Assembly (NCBI GenBank): GCA_051313645.2
Contig: JBNRSN020000012.1
Location: 69,626,001 to 69,690,000 of the forward strand
Origin: Centroscyllium fabricii
Taxonomy: Eukaryota
Length of the DNA stretch: 64,000 nt
Direction of reading: 5' to 3'
Positions 35,207-49,016 of this stretch are shown one piece after another. The notes under the pieces are model-generated. The model was not told where the DNA came from. It saw only the letters and a program-made list of their open reading frames with translations, and searched no databases. Position numbers and translations under genes: made by a program. The first letter of the stretch is position 1; each line of letters opens with the position of its first letter.

Positions 35207-36702
35207 TTAATTTTTACTGCATTTCTCACCTTGAGATATGCAATCATTCTTTCTGTGCAATCATCTTGAAGCATATTCATCAGTTCATTTCATTATATAT
35301 ACTGTACCAAAAATAAATTGAAGTTTTGAGTTTTGAAGAAAACAATTATAAATGAAGGAGCTTTTGCTTATATATTTACAAGCAACTGCAGTGATTTATT
35401 CTACTCTGGAGTACAGTGTCTATGCAAATACCCAACCTTTGTGTTTTCATTTTTGTTTCGATGTTGAGTTGAAGCTAAAATCTTCTGAGGTGTTTCACCA
35501 CTAGGAGATGTGCAAATAGAATGGGTGTTCAAGTTGAACAGAAGTTTTGAAATTTTGTGTGCCCAAATTATAGGAATAATTCCACTTCTGTCGTCACCAG
35601 CCCATGATTTTCCATCCATTAAGCTGAATGGTCAAAGTCATGAACACGAGTATTTTTACCCCATTACCTTTTAAAATTGCGCTCAAACTATCATAGATAC
35701 TGTGATGGTTCAGCTGCAATGCAGTTGTGTACATCTCTGAAAACGGACACACTGGTAACCTATAAGTGCTGTTGGGAGCAATAAATTCATATTAGGACTG
35801 TGCCCATTTTAAATTGGTTTCCTTTTACAGAATAGAAAATGCCGTTTGTCTATTGTTTCAGGAAATATTTTATTACATTTTTAAAACTTTGTACATTCTT
35901 TATCTCATCCAAGAAATTTTAATTTGTAGTTTTTTTATATATCTTTTTAAATACTTTGCCTTCTACCCACAGTTGGCTACAATATATAGCTACTGATTTG
36001 GTGTACTATGTACATAACTTATATCTATAATTTTATTTACACCTAAACATAAAATCCAGTGCATTAAGATAAACTGCTAATAGGAATTGGGATTACTGGA
36101 TGACTAGCTGCATATTGCACCATTGAATTAATTTACGTAGTGAACAGTATATCGTCAGCAACAGACCAGTTTTTTAGTTCATAACTTCCGGATGCAAAAC
36201 AAATCGAGTGTCTTAAGTTTCTGTACAATACCCCTGATAAATAAAAATGTTGCCCACTTCATTGCCAACAATCAAACCATCTGGAGTACATGGAAATGCA
36301 AATAAGTTAATATTCTTAATTGATTTTGTTTCCCAAAGTTTAAAGAGCTAGATGACGGCAGCTTTTTAAATATATTGCCATCTATCAGTGCTGCTACAAA
36401 AGTAACACCTGGTGTATCCCATGTTTTTATGCTATGAAAAGTAGAACTTTTTTTGAAATTAAAATAAAACATGCAGAATAAGGCTTCCTGGAAAATCAAA
36501 TTTTTAATCCTTTATTTTTTTTTCCTGCAGAAGTAATATAAATATATCAATAGATGTTCCTGTGAAATTTCAGAATATGTTCAGAGATGGATAAAACTGT
36601 TTTGGTGATGCAGTTTTCTGTTTTGTTTTAGCTGTTTTGGTGCTTTTTTGTTTTGTTTTAGTACATTTGTACAAAAGAATTTAAGTATATCATTAAAACC
36701 TC

Positions 36703-36950
36703 AATAAAAATGTATTGAAAACCTATGAACTACATTATAAGCTTCAAAGCAGTTGAGCATTGTAACATGTACATTACTTGTGTTTCAGTTTAATGTTTGA
36801 TGTGACCTTTAGTGATGCCAATAAGCATTTGAAACTGCTTTTTGGCCAGTAAGCATTAGCGTGTGGAGTTATTGTGGATTTGGTACATAATCAGATCCGT
36901 TCGATCCAAAGCTGAACAATACTTCCCCGTAGTTTTGAAACTGAAATAAA
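36703..36950 (+). terminator. Candidate polyadenylation signals of the distal 3' UTR
   Basis: AATAAA at 36703-36708 and 36945-36950 with U/UG-rich context, ending a repeat-free AT-rich tract downstream of the stop. Confidence 0.45.
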
Positions 36951-38172
36951 TGTATTCATTCTCATTTGTTAATGGAATTGCATCTCGTACTATATTTATT
37001 GTATATATCAACTTTTCTGTATTGAGTATTTTTGTTCACATTGTAGAATCATTATATAAAAAGTTCCCCACAAGCTTGTGCTACTTTACATTTCATGAAC
37101 AGAAACGAAATATGCATTTAATATTTAAAACTGCAGTAGGCATTTTGTATTACAGAGGCTGCATTACATTTTTGAGGTTTACCGTACAATTTTCTGGAAT
37201 TTTTGAAGTAGGTCCAGGCTAAAATTGTCCAGAATCCCAACATTTTCTCTTGTCTGGCGAGCATTAATAATGTGGAATGGAAGGAAAAGTGGGTGAAGTA
37301 CGCTGTTATTGGAAAGTTAATGTATGCTGTGGGTTGTACTTATTTCTTATTGGCCAGTTTTTGCATGCACCCTGGGGGGGGGAAAAAGGTTTCTGCAAAC
37401 CATAATGTCTACAGTAACTAACTACAAGCATGATGGTCCAGCCAATTCTTTGTGGTTGTCATTGCACCTTTCTAACAGTCAGTTTACATCTTGGTGGGAA
37501 TCACCATTTACATCTGTAGACATGGGTATCAAGTTCTCAGCTGCAATGTGTTCCTGCGTCTCACAAATAGAGGATTCCTCTAACTGCTGGAAAAAGTGAG
37601 TGAACTCAAGTGTGAGCACCTACACTGCAGTGGAATTTTTTTTAAAACTTTTACTTTCCTGCCATATACAACAGACTAAGTAAGGAGCAGTCCACAAAGA
37701 TGGCAATGAGTTACAGTAAGCTATAATGCTGGAGTGTCTGCCTGTTCATTGGAGGCCCGTGTTCAAATCTCAGCCTTGATTTAAGATTTCAGTTCAGATT
37801 TTATATAGGTACACGTTTGACTACTTTGACAAAAAGAAAATAGGGGAGGTGTCCATTCCCATGTAACTCATCAGTCAGCTTGACGGAGGAGCAGCATTGG
37901 TCTGTTTGCATAAAGATGCTTGCCCTATTTTCTCAACTTTGGAGGATAGCATGATGCAAAGAGAAATAAATGGTGGGTTAGATTTTCCATTCGTTCATAA
38001 TCCAAATCTGTCCATAAATACTCAATAGCAAATCATAAAATACTATTCCATTTTGACAGAAACTGGTAAATAAATGTACCAATAAGGTTTGTGTAGCCAG
38101 CCTTTGCTGCTGTTTAAATAAAGAGAATGGTTTCCTGTACACAGTATAGGAAAGCATATAATGAAAATAGTA

Positions 38173-38817
38173 TGCCCCAGTTTCACTGGAGGCGAAGAAT
38201 GCCAAGAATCTCAAGAATCGTCAAGAATCGAAATTCTTGGCGATTCTGCAAAAAATGTGAAAATTCTTGGTTGATTCTTGGCGATTCTTGGTGAATTCTT
38301 GGCGATTCTGGACAAGGTTACGAATCTATCACGAATTATTGTAGGAATGAGGTACGAATCACTCACGAATATGCAGAATTAATTAAGAATCCACTACGAA
38401 CTCCACGAATAAGTTACGAATTCTACGAATTAGCTACGAATTATCTACGAATTGCATTCGTGGGCATTCGTGGTGAATTCGGCATTTTTCCACGAATTTG
38501 AGAAAATCAAGAATAGCCAAGAATGCACTACGAATCCACTACGAATCAGTTACGAACGGTAAGAAAGGGTCACGAACGGTAAGAATGGGTCACGAATTGT
38601 TTAGGAATCTATCACGAATTGGACATTCGTGAACCCTCCCACGAAATTTTTTGACAAACAAAAACTTTCTTGAAAACTCAAAGAAATCCCGCGAACTACC
38701 GCGAACTCTACGAATCCACTACGAATCAACCACGAATTGCAAGAATGACCCACGAATCGGGCAAATTTCACAATCGGCACGATTCGGCAATTCGTAGCCT
38801 CCAGTGAAACTAGGGCA
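38173..38817. mobile_element. Non-autonomous DNA transposon (Harbinger-N-like) filled with ACGAAT/AAGAAT motifs
   Basis: TIRs tgccccagtttcactggaggc and gcctccagtgaaactagggca (one mismatch). Confidence 0.85.
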
Positions 38818-38898
38818 TAAGATAAATCAAAATACACAACACAAAAAAAATACTAAAAGTGTGGAAAAAATAATTTCCCCCAAATTATTGAATTATAT

Positions 38899-40119
38899 GG
38901 CCCGGATTTTGCGGTACTCCATCGTAGTACAGGAAACTCTTTGGCCTGTTCCTGGTTGATCAAAAATCCGGATGACGGGGAGGGTTATCTACCGAGGTTA
39001 TTTAAATTTTTTTTTTTTTAAATCAAGAAATATGCAGTATACAGTAATTGGGTGCTCCCCTACGGAATGTTGTGTTAAGTGGATGGTGGAACATGCTTGA
39101 TTAAGTACTGTACTGCCAGATGAGGGTAATGCAATGACCACTAGCAGCATCGGAGACACACAGTACCCCTGTAAAATGGCAGATCAGAAGAGACTAGCAG
39201 GCGAATCCCACTCCTGTTAGAGGTATTGAGGTGTTCCGACTCCTGACAGCGCCAAGAAGCCGAGTAGTGGCAGTTTGGAGAACTACCCCCACTGACTAAC
39301 TCGGCCACCGCAGGAGACTCTGACTCTGCAACATTGCCGGTTATTGAGGTGTTTTCGGAGTGAGAATTTTGCCGGTTAATATAGAATTCTGGATATTTAG
39401 GTGCCGCTTAAAGGAAAGTTTCCTGTACCTTTGGAATCAACCGCAAGTTTGGGATTTAAGCGCATGCGCTAAATCCCGAACTTGCTGTCTTGCAGCGTAC
39501 GCGTTGAAAGGTCATCCACTCCGCATCTGAAAACCTAATTTCTGCCACCGAGTTGGGCTATTTGCCCACCAGCTGCCCAAAATTACGTTTGGAAATTTTA
39601 TGACTGGTGGAAGCAGGCACAGGGTCTGTTTCCGCAGCATATGAGGATACCCGAGATGAGAAAAATGCATTTATTTAATTAAATGATTTAAAAGCTTTAC
39701 TGAGAAGCAATCCTAGTGTATGTTAAAGCTGTAGGTTTTTAAAAAAATCATAAATACTGTGCAGAAAGTTGTTTAGAAGTGGAAATTACAAGTAATAAAT
39801 TGGATTCCTACAATAAAAGCTAAATCTGATAGTATGTTAAATGCTTTACTAATGAGTATTATAGTAATTTAAATGAATAAATGATTCTGTTTTATGATTG
39901 GCGGACCAGTTCCACATGATTCCAGGTACGCCTCTGCACAGGTTGCATCCCCGGGATCAGATACAAATGGTCAGAACATATGCTGTGTACACTTACCTAG
40001 TTGTACCAGGAAGTGAGCGGTTGAACAAATGGACCTTAAAGGGACTGCTGGAGAATACTAACAAAATGAGGTCCAAGAGATTTGTTATTTTCTTGGGCCC
40101 ACAAAAAAAATTCTGGCCC
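38899..40119. mobile_element. Degenerate Harbinger-type MITE, possibly with a nested TA-flanked element (~39040-39428)
   Basis: Ends ggcccggatttt and aaaattctggccc. Internal gcgcatgcgc. Confidence 0.4.
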
Positions 40120-40229
40120 ATTCAAGGCCCTTTCAGTGATCACCTCCCAATTTCCTGCACTCCTTGACCGCTTCAGGCTTCAGGCAGGCATGGAGCTGTG
40201 TTGACTTTTGGGGGCAAGTTAAATTTCTC

Positions 40230-41515
40230 CCCCATTGACGAGAACTAGCCACACCTCTAGCCAAGCTGTTCTAGTACATCTACCCTACAATGTGGAAAAT
40301 TGTCCAGGTATGTCCTGTCCATAAACTGCAGGATAAATCCAATCCGGTCAATTACCACCCCATCGGCCTACTTTCAATCATGGTGATGGAAGGTGTTGAC
40401 AGTGCTATCAAGTGACAATTGCTCACCAATAACATGCTCCCCAATGCTCAGTTTGGGTTCTGCCAGGATTACTCGGCTACAGACCTCGATAGTCTTGGTC
40501 CAAACAAGGGACAAAAGAGCTGAATTCCAGAGGTGAGATGAGAGAAAGACTGCCCTTGACATCAAGGCAGCATTTGACTGAGTGTGGCATCAAGTAGCCC
40601 TAGTAAAATTGAAGTCAATAGGAATTGGCGAATTCTCTTCATTGGCTGGAGTCATACCTAATGCAAAGGAAGGTGGTTGTGGTTGGTAACCACTTCAGGC
40701 CCAGGACATTGCTGCAGGAGTTCCTGAGCGGTGCCTAGGTACCACCATCTTCAGCTACTTCATCAATGACCTTGCTTCCATCACAACGTCAGAAATGGGG
40801 ATGTTCGCTGATGATTGCACAGTGTTCAGTTTCATTTGCAACTCCTCAGATAATGAGGCATGCAGGAAAACCTGGACAACATTCAGGCTTGAGCTGATAA
40901 GTGGCAAATAAATGTCATGCCACATAAGTGCCAGGCAATGACCATCTCCAACAAGAGAGTATGTAATGACCTCCCCTTGACATTCAATGGGATTCCCCCA
41001 CAATCTGCGTTGACCAGAAACTTAACTGGACCAGCCACATAAATACTGTGGTTACAAAAGCAAGTCAGAGACTGGGTATTCTGTGGCAAGTGTCTCCCCC
41101 CCTGACTCCCCAAAGCCTTTCCACCATCTACAAAGCACAAGTCAGGAGTGCGATGGAATACTCTCCACTTACTTGGATAAGTGCAGATCCAACAACACTC
41201 GAAGCCCGAAAGCAGCCTGCTTGATTGGCACCCCTAGCCACCACCTTAAACATTCACTCCTTCCACCACCAGTGCACCATGGCTGCAGCGTGTACCATCT
41301 ACAAGATGCACTGCAGCAATTTCCAAGGCTTTTTTGACAGCACCTCCCAAATCTCTACCACCTGGAAGGACAAAGGTACAGTAGCAGGTACATAGGAACA
41401 TCATGGACTGCAGCGGTTCAAGAAGGTGGCTCATCACCACTTTCTCGAGCAATTAGAGATGGGCAGTAAATGCTGGCCTTGCCAGCAACGCCCACATCCC
41501 ATGAATGAATTTGAA
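40230..41515 (+). mobile_element. Degenerate non-LTR retrotransposon RT plus 3' UTR (CR1/L2 group)
   Basis: Readable remnants KSNPVNYHPI, ALDIKAAFD, FSYFINDL and MFADDC. 3' end ctgcagcggttcaagaaggtggctcatcacc...cccacatcccatgaatgaat is also seen at ~25965-26090. Confidence 0.8.
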
Positions 41516-41796
41516 AAAAAGACAGTATCTTAATTTAAGCTTTTTTTGAAAATTAGGAACAAATTGGTTGAATTTTGAAAACTAATCATGAGTTTTTGTT
41601 GACAGCAATGTTCATATTTTCTTATAGCTGTGAAAGAGAGGCACATCTAGGAACTGAACCGAAAATATCAGATTCAGTGTTTGCATAAATCATTCAGAAT
41701 ATTACAAACAAGTGCTGCCAGACATGGGATCTCTCCTCCCCACCACTACAGACAGCTCCATATCCTACCTCTTCCTTCATTGCTGACAGACACTCG

Positions 41797-42622
41797 GGGC
41801 TGGATTTTCATTGAGGAGATGGGTAGAAGGCGGGACTACAACTTTCGGGGTTGTAGTCCCGCCTCCATCGAGTTCTAGCCAACCCATGCGATTTTGACTT
41901 GATTTACCTTGTTGAGCCCGCCCAGCGGGCTCAGCAGGCCAATTAAGGGCCACCCGGCAACAGGTGACATCACAGATTGATATTTCATCTGTCAAGAGCT
42001 TTTGACAGCCAAAATATCAGCATTTCACAGCTGTTTGAAGCTGTCAAACACTGACAATCTGTACTCCAGGTTAATTCCTCAGGATGATTTAGAAATCTCC
42101 CCAGAACAGAAAGCTGAATACTGCAACTTTTGACAGTTCGCGGCCATTCTGCTTTCTGTGCTGGTGAGATGAGGGACTCCCGAGACCTGATGGAAGGAAG
42201 GCTGTAAAGGTAAGTACATGGGAGTAATAATTCTTTAAATTCTTTACACACACCAAACACACTTACCTCTGTACTCATGCACCCATCACTCACCTAAACA
42301 CCGGACATCTCGAACCCTCCAAGCCCTTCATCCCGACGGCCCGCCTCGCTAACTTGGCGTGGTTTGGAGCCGTTGGGAATCCCACATTTCAGCAATGAAA
42401 ATAGGGATTAGGCTAAAAACTGCCTGTTAACAGGCAGTTAATTGGCACTAATCCCCTTCCCGCCTCGGGGAGCGGGTCCCAGTGTGGGTCAGGTACCCGC
42501 CTCCTTTGAAACTGGCATGGGGGTGGGTTGGGAGCGGGATGGGTTTGTGCCCCCCAATTTCAGGATTTTAACCCCCCACACGCCTCCAATCCCGCCTCCA
42601 CGGCCCAATGAAAATCCTGCCC
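41797..42622. mobile_element. PIF/Harbinger-type MITE
   Basis: TIRs gggctggattttcattg and caatgaaaatcctgccc (one mismatch). Confidence 0.75.
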
Positions 42623-43899
42623 TAGGAATCCACCAGATAACCAAGACTCACACTTATGCCCAAGTTACACCACACCTCTGGTTTGCCTTCCACAGTTCTA
42701 CCAAAACCAGATTCCCAATTCAGTGCCGCCAAATCGAAGGATAATACCTCCACGATACACCCCCCTCCCCTCCCCCCCCGCGAGAATAATGCATGGCATT
42801 ATGGAACTTAATCCCAAAAACACCAGTAAAAAAAAATTGTATTTCAAATATATATTTGGACTTTGTCAATCACTGTAAATGAGTGGTCCTGATGTTATCC
42901 TACAAGACATCAAGACCTATATTGTTGTAAAGCAGCAATTCCTCAGATTCACTAAGACCGCAGAGATCTATTGTATCATTTAAAATCTTACAGCTGTGTC
43001 CACTTTCTGTCTGCAAAACGTTACCTTTGTCTTTTTTGTCACATTTGTGCTAACTTTAAAATAGTAAACCTCAATGTCAACTTGCTCCTGTCATTAAATT
43101 AATTATAGGTTCCGACCACTAGATGGTGTTGTACTATTGGCCAAAATGCTTTTTGAATTTTGTTTATTGTTTTGCATCAGTATCTGAAATTCTAATGCCC
43201 AAAATAAGGGTTTAAATAAAATGTTTAAAATACTTATATCGCCATAACATGATTAAATTTATCCATTGGATTGTCTTATGTGCCTGCATTAAAGTTTTTA
43301 CTTGAGGGCCTCGGCCTATTCTCAAAAACTTGTGCTTGGTCTTGATATTTTTGCACAGAGCTGTGACACCCGTAGCTGAACGTAGGTCTTACATGTGTAG
43401 TATGCATGCTTTCCCTGGATGCATCAATAGTGTTTAAATTAGTCAAATTATAGAACGCTTCTCAGTTTCTAACAAAATTAATTTGGTTGCTTTTCAAAAT
43501 TATTTGAAGAAAAACATTACAAAAACTATGTGCAGGTAAAGTTTATATAAGGGTTTATTTTAAACAGGCGTGTGTGGGACAAAAACATAAATGTCATGAT
43601 TACACATCTGTTGTAGCCTTTTGTTTTGTATTTCCCAACTTATTGTGACCTTGACATGTTTGTCAAACCCAGGGTTCCCAACCCCAGTGCAGTGAAACCC
43701 AAAGACCACATCCACAATATTGCTAAATTCGGGACCTCCCCCACTGAGTTCTGACAAACCTCAGTTGAAGCCTCTGGCTCCTTTGAAGTAGCTTTGCAGA
43801 TTTCTGCCACATTTTTCAGTCGGTTGTCCACCAATGCATCGAGCAGACTACATACTTTTTCTTGCACAGTTGAGTTGACCACCCTCTCTTGGGATCAAA

Positions 43900-44400
43900 G
43901 GTCTCAATTTGAGAGAGGCTTCCAATTGGTAGATTTCCCCAAAGTTCAAGAAGTCAATGACAGAACCCATTCAGGCTCCCACCTCTATTGAGTGTCCTAC
44001 ATCAAAAGAAAAAGGTTCCATTCCATCAATGTACAGTTAGTATGTGTGATAATGGTCATTAAATCATGCATGCAAGTTCCATTTTCTGGGGAGCTGCCAT
44101 GATTTCTTCATATTAAAATAGCCCGCAACACCTGCACTCTTGAAAAAGCGAAGGCAAGTGGCCTGGAAATAAAGGCTACCCTCTTCAGTCTTGACTAATG
44201 ATAACATTGATGATCGCCAGGACACCAGTAGTGCACAGGTTCAGTCAGGTCCATTCTGCCACAAGGGTGAAAATTTAACACATGATTGGAATGTTTCAGT
44301 TGTCTCAGTAGGTCTGGTGGGCACTTCAGTTCAGTCCTGTAAGAGTGGTTAGGATAGTGGTCTTTTGGTGCATGCTGGGTGAAAATGCAGAATGCCAATT
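43900..44400 (+). pseudogene. Decayed Harbinger (HARBI1-like) transposase remnant
   Basis: Broken frames give FPKVQEVNDRTH, KRKRFHSINVQLVCD, GSCHDFFILK, GNKGYPL, CLSRSGG and FSPVRVVRIVVFWCML, in Harbinger DDE motif order. Confidence 0.65.
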
Positions 44401-44736
44401 CCAGTAAATTGGAACAGCACACTAATGTAGACAGAAGATTCAATTTTCTATCTCAATCATTCTGGAGAGGCAAATTCCACCTGAATTCTCTGAATCTGGA
44501 AAACATCCATACATGGTACTGCCTGTTACAAACTTGTTCAAACGTTATTAAACAATAGTTAGGGGACTGCAAGAAATGAAAAATGAATAGAAACCTGCTT
44601 ACTTTAGTACGTAGGAGAGAAGATATCGAGATGATTGAAGGTTGAGTAGCTTTGCCCATATCAATAGATCCATTATATCAGGCACACTGTAGCTCAGAAA
44701 TGTAAAGTTGCATGTGAACCAGGCATGATTTGGTTA

Positions 44737-45688
44737 AATGTTAGAAGTTACACAACACCAGGTTATAGTCCAACAGTTTTATTTGAAATCACAAGCTTTC
44801 GGAGAGTTGCTCCTTCATCAGGTGTAGTCGAGAGATGCATACAAACACAGCATATATAGTCGGAGAACAATGCTGGATGATTACAGGAAATCTTTCCAAC
44901 TGCCTTTCATCACACCTCGGCAGAGAGACATTCATAGCAATCAAAGGTGTGAATGGTGTCCAAACAGGTCAGTCAGGAAGACACCACCTGAAGAACAATG
45001 AGTGGAGTCACACTCTGACAATGGATGAGCGGACACCGCACAACAATCGCCAGGCAGGAGTGTTCCCTCCCAGTTGGGGAACACTTCAGCAGTCAAAGAC
45101 ATTTAGCCTCCGATCTTCGGGTAAGCATTCTCTAAGGCGGCCTTCGAGACACACGACAACGCAAAATCATTGAGCAGAAACTGATAGCCAAGTTCTGCAC
45201 TCATGAGGACGGCCTCAACTGGGATCTTGGGTTCATGTCACGCTGCATGTAACCCCACCTGATGTAGAGTCATCCAGACTTGAGTCGTCTTTGGCTAGTT
45301 CTCACTAAGAATTAAAAAAAAAAATTGTTCTGTGTTGGTTTTTCACACAGACCACAGCATGTGTAACATTTGACCCTTTGTGACTCCACTCATTGTTCTT
45401 CGGCTGGTGTCTTCCTGACTGACCTGTTTGGACACCATTCACACCTTGGATTGCTATGACTGTCTCTCTGCCGAGGTGTGATGAAGGGCAGTTGGAAAGA
45501 TTTCCTGTAATCATCCTGCATTGTTCTCCGACTATATATGCTGTCTTTGTATGCATCTCTCGACTACACCTGATTGAGGAGCAACGTTCCGACAGCTTGT
45601 GATTTCAAATAAAACTGTTGGACTATAATCTGGTGTTGTGTGACTTCTAACATTTGTCCACCCCAGTCCAACACCGGCACCTCCACAT
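44737..45688. mobile_element. Penelope-like element remnant (family B): inverted pseudo-LTRs around a GIY-YIG endonuclease C-terminus
   Basis: Arms of ~275 bp are inverted. 45020-45253 encodes IARQECSLPVGEHFSSQ..DLRVSIL*GGLRDTRQRKIIEQKLIAKFCTHEDGLNWDLGFMS. CATGATT(T/A)GGTTA is duplicated at 44724-44736 and 45689-45701. Confidence 0.85.
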
Positions 45689-46954
45689 CATGATTAGGTT
45701 ATGCTGAGCATGCCACAAAAGGATATTTTGATAAGAAACTTGTAAGCAACTAAGTTATATAAATCAGCAGATCATATGGGGTATTTAAATTTGACCCAGG
45801 GAGATTGAACTCAAGGATTGTAACTCGAAAGACACTGTTTTGCCAGCTAAGTTTGTTAGGTTGGAAGTACTTAACTTTGTTTAAGGAATTATACTTTCAA
45901 TAAATGAACTTTGCGAGTGTATTGTCTTACCATCATTGATCAATTTTGCATAATTAAGTTAAGTCGTTTACCCTATCTCATTTTGCGCTGCAAAATTTTA
46001 CCCTGCCAACGTGTTGCCCTTGCCTGCTGCAGAAGAGGGAGAAAATGGAAGGCAACAGAAGCAAATGTAGGAAGTGGATGCTGAGAACTGAAGCATTATT
46101 CAGAAATATTCACAGTACTCTCAGTCAATAACTTCTCCTAAGAACCAATAGTCCTTCCTGCAGAAATGCTCCATGCAACCTTGTTTCCCCGCAGGTTCCT
46201 GACCATCCACCATGCTCACTATCATCTGGCTAAACAGCCAAACAAACATTTCACATTCCTCATATCGCAATATACCCACCGCTACCATGTATGAAAAACT
46301 GAGGCAACATCAGCTTGAGCAGAAAATATTTTTACTTTTAGTAGTTCATCTAACTTTATCTAACTGGATGGTCCTCCAATGAGATATCTGGGAGGCTGGA
46401 GCCTGCAAGATGATTGGCTAATGGCTTCTGCATAAGGCTGTTGGGACTGTGATGGTTTTCCTCTCCTGCTGCGTACGTTCTGAGAAGGACCCGTTGCAGG
46501 CTACATCTCTACTGTTGTTGCTTGGGCAGCCTGGCCCTACTATCTCACTGATACATGCAGACAACTTTGGGGACTGACCGAAGGGTTTTCTTGACCTGCT
46601 ATCACGAGAGACAGCAGGATCATGTGAGCACATTCCTGCAGACCATTGTTACTGGGTACTCACTCTGCAAAGCCATTGATCAGTGAATGGCACAGACTGA
46701 ATGGTACCAATGAGAGGAGTGCCTGACATGGCCAAGAAAAGTCAGTCATGGACCTGCAGCTTCAAATTTAAAAGCAGTTACAAGTGCCCACCAGCTGGCT
46801 TCAACAGCTTAATAGTAGTTGAAGTTGCCTGGACTTCCCTATTTAGAGCAATGGCCTTAAAAGGCACAGGACCAGTTAGCACAACTGTGGTGCAGAACCA
46901 AGGCTCCGCAGAAGTAATGCGATGGAAAAGGCGGCAGTCTGTGTAAGTTTCTGG

Positions 46955-47675
46955 TCTTCTCTTCTTAGGCAGCCCATCGGAACTGAGGATGACTTGCTTC
47001 CACACTAAAAATGAGTTCCCAGGTGACTGATGAGTCCAATGCGGGACCTACAGTCTCTGTCACAGGTGGGGCAGGTGGTGGTTGAAGGGGCGAGTGGGTG
47101 GGGTGCTTGGGTTGACGTGCGCTCTTTTCGCTGTTGTGCTTGGCTTCCGTTTGCTCCCGGCGAAGAGACTCGAGCTATTCGGCGCCTTCCCGGATGTTTC
47201 TCTTCCGCTTTGTGCATTCTTGGGCCAGGGATTCCCAGCTGTCGGTGGGGATGTTGCATTTTTTCAAGGAGGCTTTGAGGGTGTCCTTGAAGCATTTCCT
47301 CTGCCCACCTGGGTCTCTCTTGCCATGCCGGAGCTCCGAGTAGAGCGCTTGTGTTGGGAGTCTCATATCAGGCATGCGGACAATGTGGCCCATCCATCGG
47401 AGCTGATCGAGGGTGGTCAAAGCTTCAATGCTGGGGATGTTGGTCTGAGCGAGAACACTGACATTGGTGCGCCTATCCTGCCAACGGATTTGCAGGATCT
47501 TGCAGAGGCAGCGTTGATGGTACCTCTCCAGCGCTTTGAGGTGCCTGCTGTACAAGGTCCATTTCCCTGAAGCATACAGGAGGGCGGGTATCACTACTGC
47601 TCTGTTGACCATGAGCTTAGTGCTGGGTTTGAGGTCCTTGACTTCAAACACTCTCTTCCTCAGGCGACCGAAGGT
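46955..47675 (-). mobile_element. RTE-clade LINE 3' fragment
   Basis: FGRLRKRVF..STKLMVNRAVVIPALLYAS..QLRWMGHIVRMPDMRLP and C-terminal CPTCDRDCRSRIGLISH. (AAG)n-type tail. Confidence 0.9.
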
Positions 47676-47689
47676 TTCTGGTGAGCAGG

Positions 47690-47830
47690 TGCTGTCAACT
47701 AGAGGCCAGCAGAGTGCCAGAAGAAAGTTCTGTTCCTGAAGCTGGAATGCGGCTTGGCTGTCATAATATAAGAGGCCAAATACAGAACGGTCAGGGCGTG
47801 AATGGGAGGGGAAGTTAAAGTGGCGAGGCA
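47690..47830 (-). mobile_element. Penelope GIY-YIG C-terminal remnant
   Basis: RHFNFPSHSRPDRSVFGLLY..QLQEQNFL resembles the HFN..H....L...L...R.L.EQ pattern. Confidence 0.5.
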
Positions 47831-47844
47831 CAGGGGGAAAAAAA

Positions 47845-49000
47845 TGACTTGTATTTCGATTGCACCTTTCATGACTTCAGGTGTCCCAAAGTGCTTTACA
47901 GCCAATTAAGTACTTTTTTGAAGTGTAGTCACTGTTATAATGGGGGAAAAGTGGCAGCCAATTTGCGCACAGCAAAGTCCCACAAACAGCAATGTGATAA
48001 TGTGATAATGCTACCACAGCATTAAGACCAACACAAAGAGGCGTAGGAGGAGCTTTTATCCCCAAGCCATCCGGATCCTAAATGAAGACGCTGCCAAGGG
48101 TCGGTATACTGCTCCCTGATGATTGAATGCCTTTTTCTTCTTGTAATTATTCGTTATTATTTGTATTAATTGTTATCTACCACTGCACAATCGAAAGCAT
48201 ACTGACAAGCTGCATCACAGTCTGGTATGGAAACTGCACCATCTCGGACCGGATGGCCCTGCAGCGGGTAGTCAAAACTGCCCAACGAATCACCGGCACC
48301 CAGCTACCGTCAATCGAATGCACCTACCTCAACCGTTGCCTACGGAGGTCTCTGAACATTATTAAAGACCCCACACACCCCAGCCACAGTCTGTTCGCCC
48401 CCCTGCCCTCCGGGAGACTCTACAGATCAATCCGCACCCGCACGACCAGATTCAAGAACAGCTTCTTCCCCAGGGCTGTCAGACTCCTGAACTCTAACAA
48501 AAAAGCTCAGTATCTGCACACCTGAAATGTACTTTACTGTATGCAATTTTATGTAACTTATTTGCACTACCCTCAGGAGCGGCGAGTCTTTGTTTCGTTG
48601 TATTGTACTAATACTCTGCAATGACAATAAAACTTGAATTGAATTGAATTGAATCTGGAGAGCACAGACATGGAGCTTGCGATTAAGCATTTCACTACAC
48701 TTTGTACATGTATAATGATGTATGTAACAAATAAAGTAAACTTGAAACTTGATCTGTTTTTGTTTTGTTGATTTGAAGGATAAATATTGACCAGGACACC
48801 GGGGATAACTCCCCTGCTCTTCTTCAAAATAGCGCCGTGGGATCTTTTACATCCACCTTGGTTTAACGTCTCATCTGAAAGACGGCACCTCTGACAGTGC
48901 AGCACTCCCTCGGCACTGCACTGGAGTGTCGGCCTAGCTTTTTGCACTGAGTCTCTGGAATGGGAATATGAACCCACAAACACCTGACTGAGCCACGGCT
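47845..49000 (-). mobile_element. DeuSINE/SacSINE-like SINE split by Rex1-type insertions
   Basis: Tail 47845-48010 and body/head 48755-49000 (aaaatagcgccgtgggatcttttacatccacc...aaagacggcacctctgacagtgcagcactccctc). Confidence 0.75.
48020..48748 (+). mobile_element. Rex1/Babar-clade LINE 3' fragments
   Basis: YHCTIESILTSCITVWYGNCT...RTTRFKNSFFPRAVRLLN. Tail aataaaacttgaattgaattgaattgaat. Confidence 0.88.
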
Positions 49001-49016
49001 GTGTATTTGAACATGA

